From contig CAVTHL010000014.1 in the NCBI GenBank assembly GCA_963734465.1, positions 26,440 to 90,439 on the forward strand: 64,000 nucleotides of DNA, in the 5' to 3' direction. Source of the stretch: an uncultured Alphaproteobacteria bacterium (GTDB lineage Bacteria; Pseudomonadota; Alphaproteobacteria; Rhizobiales; Xanthobacteraceae). The translations under genes and the position numbers were made by a program. The notes under the pieces are model-generated. The model did no database searches, was not told the DNA's origin, and worked only from the letters and a program-made list of their open reading frames with translations. Shown here one piece after another: positions 32,728-46,414 of this stretch (position 1 is its first letter; each line of letters begins with the position of its first letter).

Positions 32728-33732
32728 ATGATTGCGGCGCTGACGGACGGCGTCTCGCGTCGGGCATTGGTACTGCTCGCCGCGCTGCTGGCGGCGCTGA
32801 TCGCCGCGCCTTTGGTCGCCGGCGACTACCTGCTCACCGTGCTGATTCTGATCCTTTACTTCGCCTATATCGGCCAGGCCTGGAACATCATGATGGGCTT
32901 TGCCGGCCAGCTATCGCTCGGCCACGCGCTCTATGTTGGCTTGGGCGCCTATACCGCGGCGGCGCTCTACGTGCACTTCGGCGTCGGCCCGTGGATCGGG
33001 CTCATCGTGGCGGCGCCGATTGCCGCTTTAGCCGGCGCCTTCATCGGCTATCTGGCCTTCCGCTTTCGCGTCGCGGGCGTCTATTTCGCCATCCTCACCA
33101 TTGCGGTGGCTGAATTTGCCCGCGTCGGCTTCGACCATCTCAGTTGGACCAGCGCCTCGTCCGGCCTGTTCCTGCCGGTCGCGCAATACACACATAACGA
33201 TCTCTGGCACCTGCGCGGCGATCCAGCGATGTTCTATTACGTGCTGCTGGCGGCGACGGTTCTCGCCTTTGTCTTTTGCCGCGCGTTGCTGCAGAGCCGC
33301 GTCGGCTATTTCTGGCAGGCCATTCGCGAAGATGAGATAGCGGCACGCTCAGCCGGCATCGACACGTTCCATTACAAAATGGTGGCGGTGGTGATCTCGG
33401 CCGGCATGACCTCGTTCGCCGGCGTGATCTATGCCTTCTTCTACAATAACTTGTTTCCCGAGCAGGTGTTTCACATCTCGCGTTCGATCGAGATCATTCT
33501 CGGTCCCATCGTCGGCGGGGTCGGCACGCTGTTCGGTCCGATCCTGGGCGCTTTCGTGCTGACGGGGGTCGCTGAGGCACTGACTGCCGCACTGGCCGCG
33601 GCCGGCGTCGATATGCCCGGTGCCAAGCAGGTGTTCTACGGCATCTGCCTGTTGCTGGTGATCGTGGCGCTGCCGGACGGCATCTGGCCATGGCTGCGCA
33701 AACGCATCGGCCTGACGGGGCGCGGACAATGA
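32728..33732 (+). CDS. LivM-type ABC permease
   Basis: GQLSLGHA, AIREDE, GGVGTLFGP. Confidence 0.9.
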   Translation: MIAALTDGVSRRALVLLAALLAALIAAPLVAGDYLLTVLILILYFAYIGQAWNIMMGFAGQLSLGHALYVGLGAYTAAALYVHFGVGPWIGLIVAAPIAALAGAFIGYLAFRFRVAGVYFAILTIAVAEFARVGFDHLSWTSASSGLFLPVAQYTHNDLWHLRGDPAMFYYVLLAATVLAFVFCRALLQSRVGYFWQAIREDEIAARSAGIDTFHYKMVAVVISAGMTSFAGVIYAFFYNNLFPEQVFHISRSIEIILGPIVGGVGTLFGPILGAFVLTGVAEALTAALAAAGVDMPGAKQVFYGICLLLVIVALPDGIWPWLRKRIGLTGRGQ

Positions 33733-34458
33733 GCGCGTTGCTGTCGGTCGACAATGTCAGCAAACGGTTCCGCGGCCTGGTCGCGGTCGATCGCGTCAGT
33801 TTTACGGTCGAGCAGGGCGCGATCTTCGCGGTCATCGGCCCGAACGGCGCCGGCAAAACGACCTTGTTCAACATGATCGCGGGGGCATCCGCGCCCAACG
33901 ACGGTTCGATCGCGTTCGACGGCGGCCGCATCGACGGGCTCGCTGCCGACCGCGTTTGCCGGCGCGGCATCGGGCGCACCTTCCAGATCGTGCGGCCTTT
34001 CCCCGCGCTCTCGGTCGAGGACAATGTCATCGTCGGCGCCTTGCTGCGGCGCCGTCACGTCGCCGAAGCGCGCGCGCATGCGCATGATGTGCTGCGTCGC
34101 CTCGAGCTCTACGACAAGCGCGCGCAAGCCGCCTCAGGACTAACATTGCCCGACCGCAAGCGCCTGGAAGTCGCGCGCGCGCTCGCCACCGATCCCAAAC
34201 TGCTGCTGCTCGATGAGGTAATGGCTGGCCTGCGTCCGACCGAGATCGACCGCATGGTCGCGATCCTGCGCGAGCTCAACCGCGAGAGCGGCCTGACCAT
34301 TCTCCTGATCGAGCACGTCATGCGCGCGGTTATGGTGCTCGCCTCGCGCGTGTTGGTGCTGCACCACGGCGCCTCGATCGCGGAGGGGCCGCCGGAGGAC
34401 GTGGTGCGCAACGAAGTCCGTGATCCACTCCTATCTCGGCGTGGAGGATATCGCATGA
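33729..34458 (+). CDS. LivG-type ABC ATPase, frameshift near 34420 (true end ...SYLGVEDIA*)
   Basis: GPNGAGKT, RTFQ, LLDE, IEH; conserved terminal YLG lies in the adjacent frame. Confidence 0.85.
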
Positions 34459-34498
34459 TCCCGAAAAGCGGGAACCGGTTTTCGGACAAGATCATGCG
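34452..34498. repeat. Short alphaproteobacterial palindromic element (GCATGATCC...ACCGGTTTTC...GATCATGC type)
   Basis: Terminal inverted repeat CGCATGATC/GATCATGCG with inner CCGAAAA/TTTTCGG. Confidence 0.75.
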
Positions 34499-34510
34499 CG
34501 AGGAAAAAGC

Positions 34511-35218
34511 ATGATGCTTAAGGTCGAGAATCTCGACGTGTTCTATGGTGACGCCCAGGCGCTCGACGGTGTCTCGCTCGAGATCGAGCAGGCGTCGATT
34601 GTCGCCATCGTCGGTGCCAACGGCGCCGGCAAGACATCACTCATCCGCACCATCGCCGGTATGCATACGCCGACGGCTGGACGCATCCTTTACCGCGGCG
34701 CCGACATCGCCGGTCGAGCGAGCCACCAGGTCTGCGAGCTCGGTATCGGGCAAGTCGCGGAAGGCCGGCAGGTTTTCCCGTCACTGTCGGTCGCGGAAAA
34801 TCTCGCAACGGGCGCCATGCTTGCGCGTGCGCACTCTGCTCGTGCGCGGAACCTCGACAAGGTCTATGGGCTGTTTCCGGTGCTGGCAGAGCGCCGCACG
34901 CAAGCCGCCGGCACGTTGTCTGGCGGCGAACAGCAAATGCTCGCTATCGGCCGTTGTCTGATGGGCGCGCCCGAGTTGGTGATGTTCGACGAGCCTTCGC
35001 TCGGACTCGCGCCCACGATTGTGCAAAGCATGCTCAAGATCGTGCGCGACTTGAACCGTGATGGCCTTACCTGCGTGCTGGTTGAACAGAACGTGGCGGT
35101 GTCGCTGAAACTCGCCAACCACGCCTATGTGCTGGAAAACGGCCGTATCACACTCGCCGGCACCGGCGCCGCGCTGCTCAGCGACGACCGCGTGCGCCAG
35201 GCTTATCTCGGGCTCTAG
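34511..35218 (+). CDS. LivF-type ABC ATPase
   Basis: GANGAGKT, LSGGEQQM, DEPSLGLAP, VEQN, AYLG. Confidence 0.9.
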   Translation: MMLKVENLDVFYGDAQALDGVSLEIEQASIVAIVGANGAGKTSLIRTIAGMHTPTAGRILYRGADIAGRASHQVCELGIGQVAEGRQVFPSLSVAENLATGAMLARAHSARARNLDKVYGLFPVLAERRTQAAGTLSGGEQQMLAIGRCLMGAPELVMFDEPSLGLAPTIVQSMLKIVRDLNRDGLTCVLVEQNVAVSLKLANHAYVLENGRITLAGTGAALLSDDRVRQAYLGL

Positions 35219-35266
35219 CTCAAGCAGCTTTTGGACTGGTTGCGAAAGTCTGCCGAAAACGGCCGC

Positions 35267-35719
35267 TTACATCACCTCGAAGACATCGAGATGCACACTG
35301 CGCGCTTGGCGCTGGCCACGCGCCACCGCCAGAATGCGGTTGAGCCAGCCGAGCGTGGCGTCGGCGGTCTCGAACCGCATCGCGGTGCGAAAGTAATAGT
35401 GAGCGGGATCGACGGTGTCGCCGCGCGCCAGTTTCTCCAGCACGTCCGGCGGGCCATGGCGCAGGCCTTTGCTGTCGACTATGACGCGCGCGCCGCCGTC
35501 GGCCTCGATGACATAGCGCGCCTGGATATCGGCTGCGCCGTCGCTGCGCACGATCTGCCAGTCGGCGCCACCGGGCAGGATGCGGCCGTTGAGTTTCGGC
35601 CCTTTCACCGTGCCACCCGTGATGGCGACCATGCGGCGCTCGCCATAGGGCGTGCGGCCGAGCGTCATCACGGCTTCGAGCTCGGCCTGAACGGTGAAAA
35701 TCGGCGCGGACGACAGCAT
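35267..35719 (-). CDS. DUF3237-family protein
   Basis: ITGGTVKG, PGGADWQ, YYFRT, WLN; family assignment from recalled motifs. Confidence 0.8.
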   Translation of the reverse strand: MLSSAPIFTVQAELEAVMTLGRTPYGERRMVAITGGTVKGPKLNGRILPGGADWQIVRSDGAADIQARYVIEADGGARVIVDSKGLRHGPPDVLEKLARGDTVDPAHYYFRTAMRFETADATLGWLNRILAVARGQRQARSVHLDVFEVM

Positions 35720-35807
35720 GGCAGCCTTTCCGGAACCTGCGGCATGCCCATTTGACCCTGCCTGTGCGCAGCCGTAAATACGGGGCCGAAAACCGGGAAA
35801 TCTCCGT

Positions 35808-36672
35808 ATGGCGCGTATTTCGTCTCTTGCCGAGGCCATCGAGGCAACCGTCCGCGATGGCGATACGCTGGCCGTGGAAGGTTTCACCCACCTTATTCCC
35901 GCATGCCGCCGGCCACGAGATCATCCGCCAGCGCCGCAAAAACCTGACGCTGATCCGCATGACGCCGGATCTGATCTACGACCAGTTCATCGGCATGGGT
36001 TGCGCGAGCAAGCTGGTGTTTTCATGGGGCGGCAATCCGGGCGTCGGTTCGCTCTATCGCTTTCGTGACGCGGTCGAGAACGGCTGGCCGCACAAGCTCG
36101 AGGTCGAGGAACATTCGCACGCCGCCATGGCCAATGCCTATGAGGCGGGCGCCGCCGGCCTGCCTTGCGCCGTGTTCCGCGGCTATATCGGCGGCGACCT
36201 GCCCAAGGTGAATGCCAAGATCAAATACATTACCTGCCCGTACACCGGCGAAAAGCTCGCCACCGTTCCGGCACACCGGCCGGACGTGGCGGTGATCCAT
36301 GCCCAGCGCGCCGACCGCGCCGGCAACGTCATGATCGAGGGCGTGCTCGGCGTGCAGAAGGAGGCGGTGCTTGCCTCCAAGCGCTCGGTGGTGACGGTGG
36401 AAGAGATCGTCGACGAACTGCCGCCCGACCGCAGCCTCAACGCGGTGGTGCTGCCGCACTGGACCGTCGGCCATGTCGTGGAAGTGCCGGGCGGCGCCTT
36501 CCCGTCCTATGCGCAGGGCTATTACCCGCGCAACAATGCCTACTACAAGCAATGGGAAGACATCTCGCGCGAGCGCGATAGTTTCCTGGCCTGGATGAAA
36601 CAGAACGTCCTGGACAAAGGTCCCGACGTGTTTGCCGAGCACGTGCGCAAGGTCCGCACGGCGGCGGAGTGA
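35808..36672 (+). CDS. pcaI: 3-oxoadipate CoA-transferase subunit A (CatI/GctA type), frameshift near 35900
   Basis: EGFTHLIP, RMTPD, SWGGNPGVGSL; followed by subunit B, pcaF and pcaHG. Confidence 0.85.
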
Positions 36673-36677
36673 CAGCA

Positions 36678-37451
36678 ATGGCCGATTACAAGCCGAATGA
36701 GATGATGACGATCGCGGCGGCGCGCGCGCTCAAGAATGACGACGTCTGCTTTGTCGGCATCGGCCAGCCCTCGGCCGCCTGCAATCTCGCGCGTCTCACC
36801 CACGCGCCCGGCATCACGCTCATTTACGAATCCGGCACGCTCGCCACCAAGCCGAGCATTCTTCCCTTGTCGATCGGCGACGGCGAATTGTGCGAGACCG
36901 CGATCACCACGGTGTCGGTGCCGGAGATGTTCCGCTATTGGCTGCAAGGCGGCCGCATCAAGATCGGCTTCCTCGGCGGCGCGCAGATCGACAAATACGC
37001 CAATCTCAACACCACCGTGGTCGGCCCCTACGACAAGCCGAAGGTGCGGCTGCCCGGCGGCGGCGGCGCGCCGGAGATCGCCACGTCATGCGGCGAGATC
37101 TTCATCATCATGGCGCAGGGCAAGCGCGGCTTCGTCGACAAGCTCGATTTCGTCACCTCGATCGGTCACGTCAGCGGGCGGCGATTCACGCGCCAAGCTG
37201 GGCGTGAAGACCAAAGGCCCGACCCGGCTGATCACCGACCTCTGCCTGTTCGAGCCCGATCCGGAGACCAAGGAAATGACCGTGGTCTCGATCCATCCGG
37301 GCGTGACGCGCGAGCAGATCCAGGAAAACACCGGCTGGCAGGTGAAGTTCGCGGCCAAGGTGGCCGAGACGCCGGCGCCGACCGCAAAAGAGCTCGAGGT
37401 GCTGCGTGAGCTGCAGGCGCGCACCAACCGCGCGCATGCGGAGGCGGCGTG

Positions 37452-37452
<1 letters not shown>
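36678..37452 (+). CDS. pcaJ: 3-oxoadipate CoA-transferase subunit B, frameshift near 37175
   Basis: FVGIG, IYESG, GAQIDKYANLN, LPGGGGA. Confidence 0.85.
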
Positions 37453-38667
<1,215 letters not shown>

Positions 38668-38682
38668 TAAGGAAGAAGAACA

Positions 38683-39390
38683 ATGTCGCTCATATTTCCA
38701 AAAGAAAGTCTCAGCGTTTATCCCAAGCACCTGTCGCCTGCATATCGCAGCACGGTGAAGCGCTCGCCGTCGCAGCCGCTCATCGTGGTGCCGCACACGC
38801 TGTCCGAACTGACCGGCCCGGTCTACGGCCACAATGCCGTGCAGGACGGCGACAGCGACCTCACCAAGCAGCACAAGGGCGAGCCCTTGGGCGAGCGCAT
38901 CATCGTGCACGGCCAGGTGCTCGACGAGGACAAGCGCCCGGTGCCCGACACGCTGGTGGAAATCTGGCAGGCCAACGCCTGCGGCCGCTACGTGCACATC
39001 GTCGACCAGCATCCGGCGCCGCTCGATCCGAACTTCACCGGCGCCGGCCGCACCGTCACCGACAAGAACGGCTATTACCGCTTCATCACCGTGAAGCCCG
39101 GCGCCTATCCCTGGGGCAATCACCCCAATGCCTGGCGGCCGAACCACATCCACTTCTCGGTGTTCGGCGCCTCGTTCCTGTCGCGGCTGGTGACGCAGAT
39201 GTATTTCCCGGGCGATTACCTGTTCCCGTTCGACCCGATCTTCAATTCGGTCACCGACGAGAAGGCGCGTAACCGCATGGTCTCGAGCTTCGACCTGGAG
39301 AACACGATCCCCGATTGGGCGCTCTGCTTCCGCTGGGACATCGTGTTGCGCGGCCGCGAGGCAACGCCGCTCGACGAGGATAAGCACTAA
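38683..39390 (+). CDS. pcaH: Protocatechuate 3,4-dioxygenase beta subunit
   Basis: WQANACGRY, PGAYPW, WRPNHIHFS iron ligands. Confidence 0.95.
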   Translation: MSLIFPKESLSVYPKHLSPAYRSTVKRSPSQPLIVVPHTLSELTGPVYGHNAVQDGDSDLTKQHKGEPLGERIIVHGQVLDEDKRPVPDTLVEIWQANACGRYVHIVDQHPAPLDPNFTGAGRTVTDKNGYYRFITVKPGAYPWGNHPNAWRPNHIHFSVFGASFLSRLVTQMYFPGDYLFPFDPIFNSVTDEKARNRMVSSFDLENTIPDWALCFRWDIVLRGREATPLDEDKH

Positions 39391-40009
39391 TGTCGGAGAT
39401 CATCACGCCATCGCAGACCGTCGGCCCGTTCTTCGCCTACGGCCTCACGCCCAAGGGCCGCGCGCAGTGGGACCCGAACGGCAGCTACAGCTGGAAGGAA
39501 ACGATCAACGACAACCTGGTCACGCCGGATGCCAGCGGCGAGCAGCATCCACATCGAGGGCTGCATCACCGACGGCGACGGCAAGCCGATCAACGACGCC
39601 ATGATCGAGATCTGGCAGGCCGACAGCGCAAGGCCGCTATGCCAATCCGCGCGACAACCGCGCGCTGCCGAACACGCAGTTCAAGGGCTTCGGCCGCTCG
39701 GCCACCAACAAGGACGGTGTCTACGGCTTCGACACCGTCAAGCCCGGCTCCGTGCCGGGGCCGAACGGCAAGCCGCAGGCGCCGCATATCGTGGTCTGCA
39801 TCTTCTCGCGCGGCATGCTGCGGCAGATCTACACCCGGCTCTATTTCTCCGACGAGAAGGGCAACGACGCCGACCCGATCCTGGCGCTGGTGCCGGCCGG
39901 GCGGCGCGGCACGCTCATTGCCCACAAGGAGGCGCGCGGCGGTCAGACCGTCTACCGCTTCGACATCCGCGTGCAGGGCCAGGACGAGACGGTTTTCTTC
40001 GATATCTGA
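39390..40009 (+). CDS. pcaG: Protocatechuate 3,4-dioxygenase alpha subunit, frameshifts near 39545 and 39630
   Basis: TPSQTVGPF, EIWQAD, QAPHI, ETVFFDI. Confidence 0.9.
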
Positions 40010-40063
40010 GCGGCTTGCGGGCGGCGCCGCCGTCCCATTCTGCCCACAATTGCGTTTCGAAAA

Positions 40064-40079
40064 GTGGGATATTTCCCAC
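40064..40079. promoter_or_regulatory. Palindromic operator candidate GTGGGA-TATT-TCCCAC
   Basis: Perfect 6-bp inverted repeat in the AT-rich region upstream of 40243; near copy at 44112-44127. Confidence 0.55.
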
Positions 40080-40242
40080 ATCGCGGAAGCATCGTGCGAC
40101 CTGTTTCTTTGATTTCATTAAGGAAAATATCTCTATATTTGCCCACCCACTTTGCCCATCTTTCCCAACACTTGACGGGTAGGGCATGACTTGGTTCGCT
40201 ACCCGATAGACGGCCGCCAGAGTCGTCTCGGGGAAGCGCGCC

Positions 40243-41651
40243 ATGAACGAACAAATCCTGCAAGAGATCAGCGAATTCTGCCGCCAGCGTGGGCTCGCCG
40301 AGTTCGACCTTCGGCCGCCGCGCCGTCAACGACGGCAAGCTCGCCAACCGGCTGCGCAACGGCGGCCGCATCACCACCGACACGCTCGATCGCATCCGCG
40401 CCTTCATGGCGCGCAACGCCGACGGCGCGCGCGCCGCGCCGCCGCATGCTGTTCGACGCGCCGCCGAACGGCTTGCCGATGGTGACGCCGCTCGCACCGC
40501 CGGTCGCCTCCGGCCAGGCGAGCGACGACCCCAGCCGCAATTTCCGCTTCTTCGACAACCGGCAGAAATATCTGCTGTTCGTCAACACCTGCTCGGAGAA
40601 ATGGGAGATCGCCAACCGCGTCGGTCTCGAGCTCGCAAGCTTGCATCCGCGGCCGCCGGCGGTGCGCGTATTCGACGCCGGCGTCGGCGACGGCACCGTG
40701 CTGTCGCGCGTCATGCGCAATATGCACGACCGCTTCCCGACCATGCCGTTCTACATCGTCGGCAAGGAAATCAGCCTCGAGGACATCCGCCTCACGCTGC
40801 AGAAAATGGCGGACCGCTTCATCGAGCACCCCTCCAGCGTCGTCGTGCTCACCAACCTTGCCTATGCCGAGGCGCCGTGGCTGACGGTGAAGTCGGTCAC
40901 CGCCGCCTCCAGCATGGTCTGGAAGGAAGTCCCGCTCGAAGGCAGTACCGGCCACTCGTTCGAGCAGCAGATCACCGCGCTCGAACCGTTCCTCGGCGAG
41001 AACTGGAAGGCGCGGGTGTCGCCGAAAAGCGGCAATCCGGTCTATGAGCGCCCGGTCGTTCTGGTGCTCTATCGCGCCGACCACAAATTCCTGCTCGATC
41101 AGATCGTGCCGAAGCCGGGCGGCACCGTCGCCGACTACGATCTGGTCATTGCCTCGCAGCCTTATCGCGCGCGCGCCTCGCTCGAGTTCAAGGCCAAGCG
41201 CGTGCTCACCCCGCTGGCGCGCGCGCTCGGCCCGGGCGGCCGCATGATCGCGATCCATTCCTACGGCCACGATCCCGGCATGGAGATCGTCCACAAGGTC
41301 TGGCCGAACGACAATCCGTTCATGCACAGCCGCCACGACCTGTTGAAGGCGGTCAAGCACGAGCTTGGCGCCTCCGGGCGCGATCTCAACTTCAACGCCT
41401 ATTCCGACCAGCGCTCGCTGTTCCGCTACGACATGCACACGCTGCCGTCGGAAATCTCCTCGTCGATCGGCACGTCCACGCTGCTCGCCGCCTGGAACGC
41501 GGCGATTTACGTGGCGCAGATCGAGGACGACCGCCTGTCCGACGTCAACAGCGACCGCCGCTATATCGAGGCGACGCGCGAAGCGCTGCAGAAGAACGGT
41601 GGGCTGTGGTTCTACGACGAGAGTTTCGTGATCTCGCGCAGGCGCGAGTGA
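40243..41651 (+). CDS. Uncharacterised protein: Cro-like HTH N-terminus fused to a class I SAM-methyltransferase-like fold, frameshifts near 40300 and 40445
   Basis: Reconstructed N-terminus ILQEISEFCRQRGLAE-STFGRRAVNDGKLANRLRNGGRITTDTLDRIRAFM; motif I VFDAGVGDG, acidic GKEIS, YDLVIA, ALGPGG. Confidence 0.7.
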
Positions 41652-41665
41652 GCGGCGCGATCGCT

Positions 41666-42529
41666 ATGGCACCCGCCCGCACCGCCAGTTTCGCGCGGAC
41701 GTTCTCGGTCGAGGGCACGCGGCCGAGCGCGGGCGAGATCGTGCAGCTCGGCGAAATCCTGCCCGCCGGCACGCAGGTCTACGTCACCGCGGTGCCGACC
41801 GCAGCGCCCGACGAGACCGTCGCCGCAGCGACAGCCTTGCGCAAGATCGGCCTCGAGCCGGTCGTCCATATCGCCGCGCGCAGGCTCGCAAGCGAAGCCC
41901 AGCTCAAGGACCTGCTCGCCCGTCTGCGTGGCGAAGCCGATACCAGGCGCCTGCTGGTGATCGGCGGCGACATCGAGGCGACCGGGCCCTTCGCCGACGC
42001 GCTGGCGGTGATCCAGAAAGGCCGTCTGCGCGACGCCGGCATCGAGGAGATCGGCATCGGCGCCTACCCCGAGGGCCATCCGCGCATCCCGCCCGCACGC
42101 CTTGAGGCTTCGCTTGATGAGAAGATCGCCAGCGCCACCGCGCAAGGCCTGCGCGTGCACATCGTCAGTCAGTTCTCGTTTTCCGCCGAGCGCATCATCG
42201 CCTGGCTCAAGCAGCTGCGCGCCGGCGGCATCGCCAATCCGGTCAAGATCGGGCTCGCCGGTCCGACCAGCGTGCCGGCGCTCATCCGCTACGCCAAGCG
42301 TTGCGGGGTCAATGCGTCGTTGCGCGGGCTGATGTCGGGCGCGGCCAGCGCGCTGATCGGCAATGTCGGACCCGACCGCATCGTCGAAGCGTTGAGCGCC
42401 GCGCACGATGAGCTCGGCGACGCCCACCCGCATTATTTCTCGTTCGGCGGGCTGGTCGCGACCGCCGGCTATGCAAATAAAACGGCCGGCGCGGATATTG
42501 CCGCGCCGGCCCCTGTATCCTCGCGCTAG
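41666..42529 (+). CDS. metF: Methylenetetrahydrofolate reductase family protein (short ligM-associated type)
   Basis: EPVVHIAAR, LVIGGD, GAYPEGHP, SQF, HYFSFGG. Confidence 0.8.
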   Translation: MAPARTASFARTFSVEGTRPSAGEIVQLGEILPAGTQVYVTAVPTAAPDETVAAATALRKIGLEPVVHIAARRLASEAQLKDLLARLRGEADTRRLLVIGGDIEATGPFADALAVIQKGRLRDAGIEEIGIGAYPEGHPRIPPARLEASLDEKIASATAQGLRVHIVSQFSFSAERIIAWLKQLRAGGIANPVKIGLAGPTSVPALIRYAKRCGVNASLRGLMSGAASALIGNVGPDRIVEALSAAHDELGDAHPHYFSFGGLVATAGYANKTAGADIAAPAPVSSR

Positions 42530-42535
42530 AAGAAC

Positions 42536-43984
<1,449 letters not shown>

Positions 43985-44111
43985 TTAGCCTGCCGCTTTC
44001 GTCATAGAAAGAGCCGGGAAATTGACGCCAAAGCAAAGAGATGCTGTGAATGCTCGGAGCGGGAGATAGCGCCTCCCGGCGGGATATTCAAATTTTTTCC
44101 TGACGTCGCGA

Positions 44112-44127
44112 GTGGGCAGCATCCTAC
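44112..44127. promoter_or_regulatory. Operator candidate GTGGG-CAGCAT-CCTAC
   Basis: Same half-sites (one mismatch) and 6-nt spacer as the 40064 palindrome; lies between divergent ligM and the MetE-like array. Confidence 0.45.
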
Positions 44128-44190
44128 GATCGAGCTGGCGAACGAGGTCTGGACAGTGAAACGCCATAGGTAACGAGGAGTGCGACAAGA

Positions 44191-45301
44191 ATGACTCAAC
44201 GCACCAAGCCGCCCTTCCGCGCCGATCATGTCGGCAGCCTGCTGCGCACCGCGCCGCTCAAGGAGGCGCGCGCCAAACACGCCAAGGGCGCCATCGATGC
44301 CGCCGCGTTGAAGGCGGTCGAAGACGCCGAGATCGAGAAGATCGTCAAGAAGCAGGACGAGGTCGGCCTCAAGCTCGCGACCGACGGCGAATTCCGCCGC
44401 TCCTGGTGGCATTTCGATTTCTTCAAGGGGCTCAAGGGCGTCGAATCGGTCACCACTTCGACCGGCATCCAGTTCAAGGGCGTCGAGACCAAGCACGAAG
44501 CCATCAAGATCACCGGCAAGGTCGATTTCGCCGGCCACCCGCAGCTCGAGCATTTCAAATTCCTCAAGAACGCACTGTCGCACTCACGCCGAAAATGTGC
44601 ATTCCGGCGCCGAGCACGTTTCACTTCCGGCAGGGCCGCGCCATGGTGAGCAAGCAGACCTATCCCGGCTATGACGAATTCTTCGCCGACGTCGCCACCA
44701 CTTGGCGCAAGGCGATCCGCGCCTTCTACGACGCCGGCTGCCGCTATCTGCAGCTCGACGACACCGCCTGGGCGATGATCTGCGATCCCAAGGAGCGCGA
44801 GGGCTCGAAAGGCCGCGGCGACGATCCCGACAGCCTGCCGGCGATCTATGCGCGCGTCACCAATGCCGCGCTCGAAGGCAAGCCGGCCGACATGGCGATC
44901 ACCATGCATTCCTGCCGCGGCAATTTCCGCTCCACCTTCATCGCTTCGGGCGGCTACGAATTCGTCGCCGAGCATCTGCTCGCGCACACCAATCTCGACG
45001 GCTATTTCCTGGAATACGACAGCGACCGCGCCGGCGGCTTCGAGCCGCTGCGCTATTTCCCCAAGGGCAACAAGCAGCTCGTGCTCGGCCTGGTCACCTC
45101 CAAGTCCGGCCGGCTGGAGCGCAAGGACGACATCAAGCGCCGCATCGACGAGGCGACCAAATATGTCGCGCTCGAGCAGCTCTGCCTGTCGCCGCAATGC
45201 GGCTTTGCCTCGACCGAGGAAGGCAACGTGCTGGCCGAGGACGAGCAGTGGGCCAAGCTGCGCATGATCGTCGAGTTGGCGGAGAGGTGTGGGGTAAATG
45301 A
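44191..45301 (+). CDS. Short cobalamin-independent methionine synthase II family protein, copy 1 (frameshifted)
   Basis: FRADHVGSLLR, TDGEFRR, YLQLDD, HSCRGN, LEYD, LSPQCGF. Confidence 0.85.
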
Positions 45302-46414
45302 GCGCCCGTTAACGGCGCCGCCCTTCCGCGCCGATCATGTCGGCAGCCTGCTGCGTCCGGCGCCGCTGAAGGAGGCGCGCGCCAAGCGCGAGCGCGGCGA
45401 GATCGACGCCGCCGCGCTCAAGGCGGTCGAAGATCGCGAGATCGAGAAGGTCATCAAGCGCCAGGAAGACATCGGCCTGCAGGCCGTCACCGACGGCGAA
45501 TTCCGCCGTGCCTTCTGGAATTACGACTTCCTCGGCGCGCTGCCCGGCGTCGAGGCCTATCTCGGCGAGCGCAAGATCAAGTTCGAGGGCGCCGAATCCG
45601 AAGCCGATGATGCTGCGCGTGGTGGGCCAGCTCGGCAGCTTCACCACGCATCCGATGATCGAGCATTTCAAGTTCGTCAAGGCGCACACGCGCGTAGTGC
45701 CGAAGATGACGATCCCGTCGCCGTCGTCGCTGCATTTCCGCTACGGCCGCGACGCCGTGCCGGAGATCGATCTATCCCGACATGAGCGAGTTCTATCGCG
45801 ATCTCGGCGCGACCTACCGCAAGGCGGTGCGCGCTTTCGCCGACGCCGGCTGCCGCTATCTGCAGCTCGACGAGGTCAACTTCACTTATCTGTGCGACCC
45901 GAAACTGCGCGCGCAGGTCGCCGAACCGCGGCGACGACCCCGAAAAGCTGCCGGACATCTATGCCGGCATGATCAACGCGGCGATCTCCGACATCCCGCG
46001 CGACATGACCATCACCATGCATCTCTGCCGCGGCAATTTTCAGTCGACCTTCGTGGCGAGCGGCGGCTACGAGCCGGTGGCGGAGATCCTGTTCAACACG
46101 ATCAACGTGCACGGCTACTTCATGGAATACGACAGCGACCGCGCCGGCGGCTTCGAGCCGCTGCGGCTGGTGCCGAAGGGCAAGACGGTGGTGCTCGGCC
46201 TCGTCACCTCGAAGTCCGGGCCGGCTCGAACCGAAGGACGAGCTCAAGCGCCGCATCGAGCAGGCGGCCAAGTTCATCGATCTCGATCAGCTTTGCCTGT
46301 CGCCGCAATGCGGCTTCGCCTCGACCGAGGAAGGCAATATCCTGGCCGAGGACGAGCAATGGGCGAAGCTGCGCGATGATCGTGGAACTCGCCGAGGAGA
46401 TGTGGGGCAAATGA
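45298..46414 (+). CDS. Short cobalamin-independent methionine synthase II family protein, copy 2 (several frameshifts)
   Basis: FRADHVGSLLR, TDGEFRR, YLQLDE, HLCRGN, MEYD, LSPQCGF. Confidence 0.85.

Noticed and set aside
29800-35220. Possibly foreign segment (more A/T-ending codons in the marR-ABC block)
   Set aside because: Impression only, not quantified; no integrase, transposase, tRNA or flanking direct repeats seen
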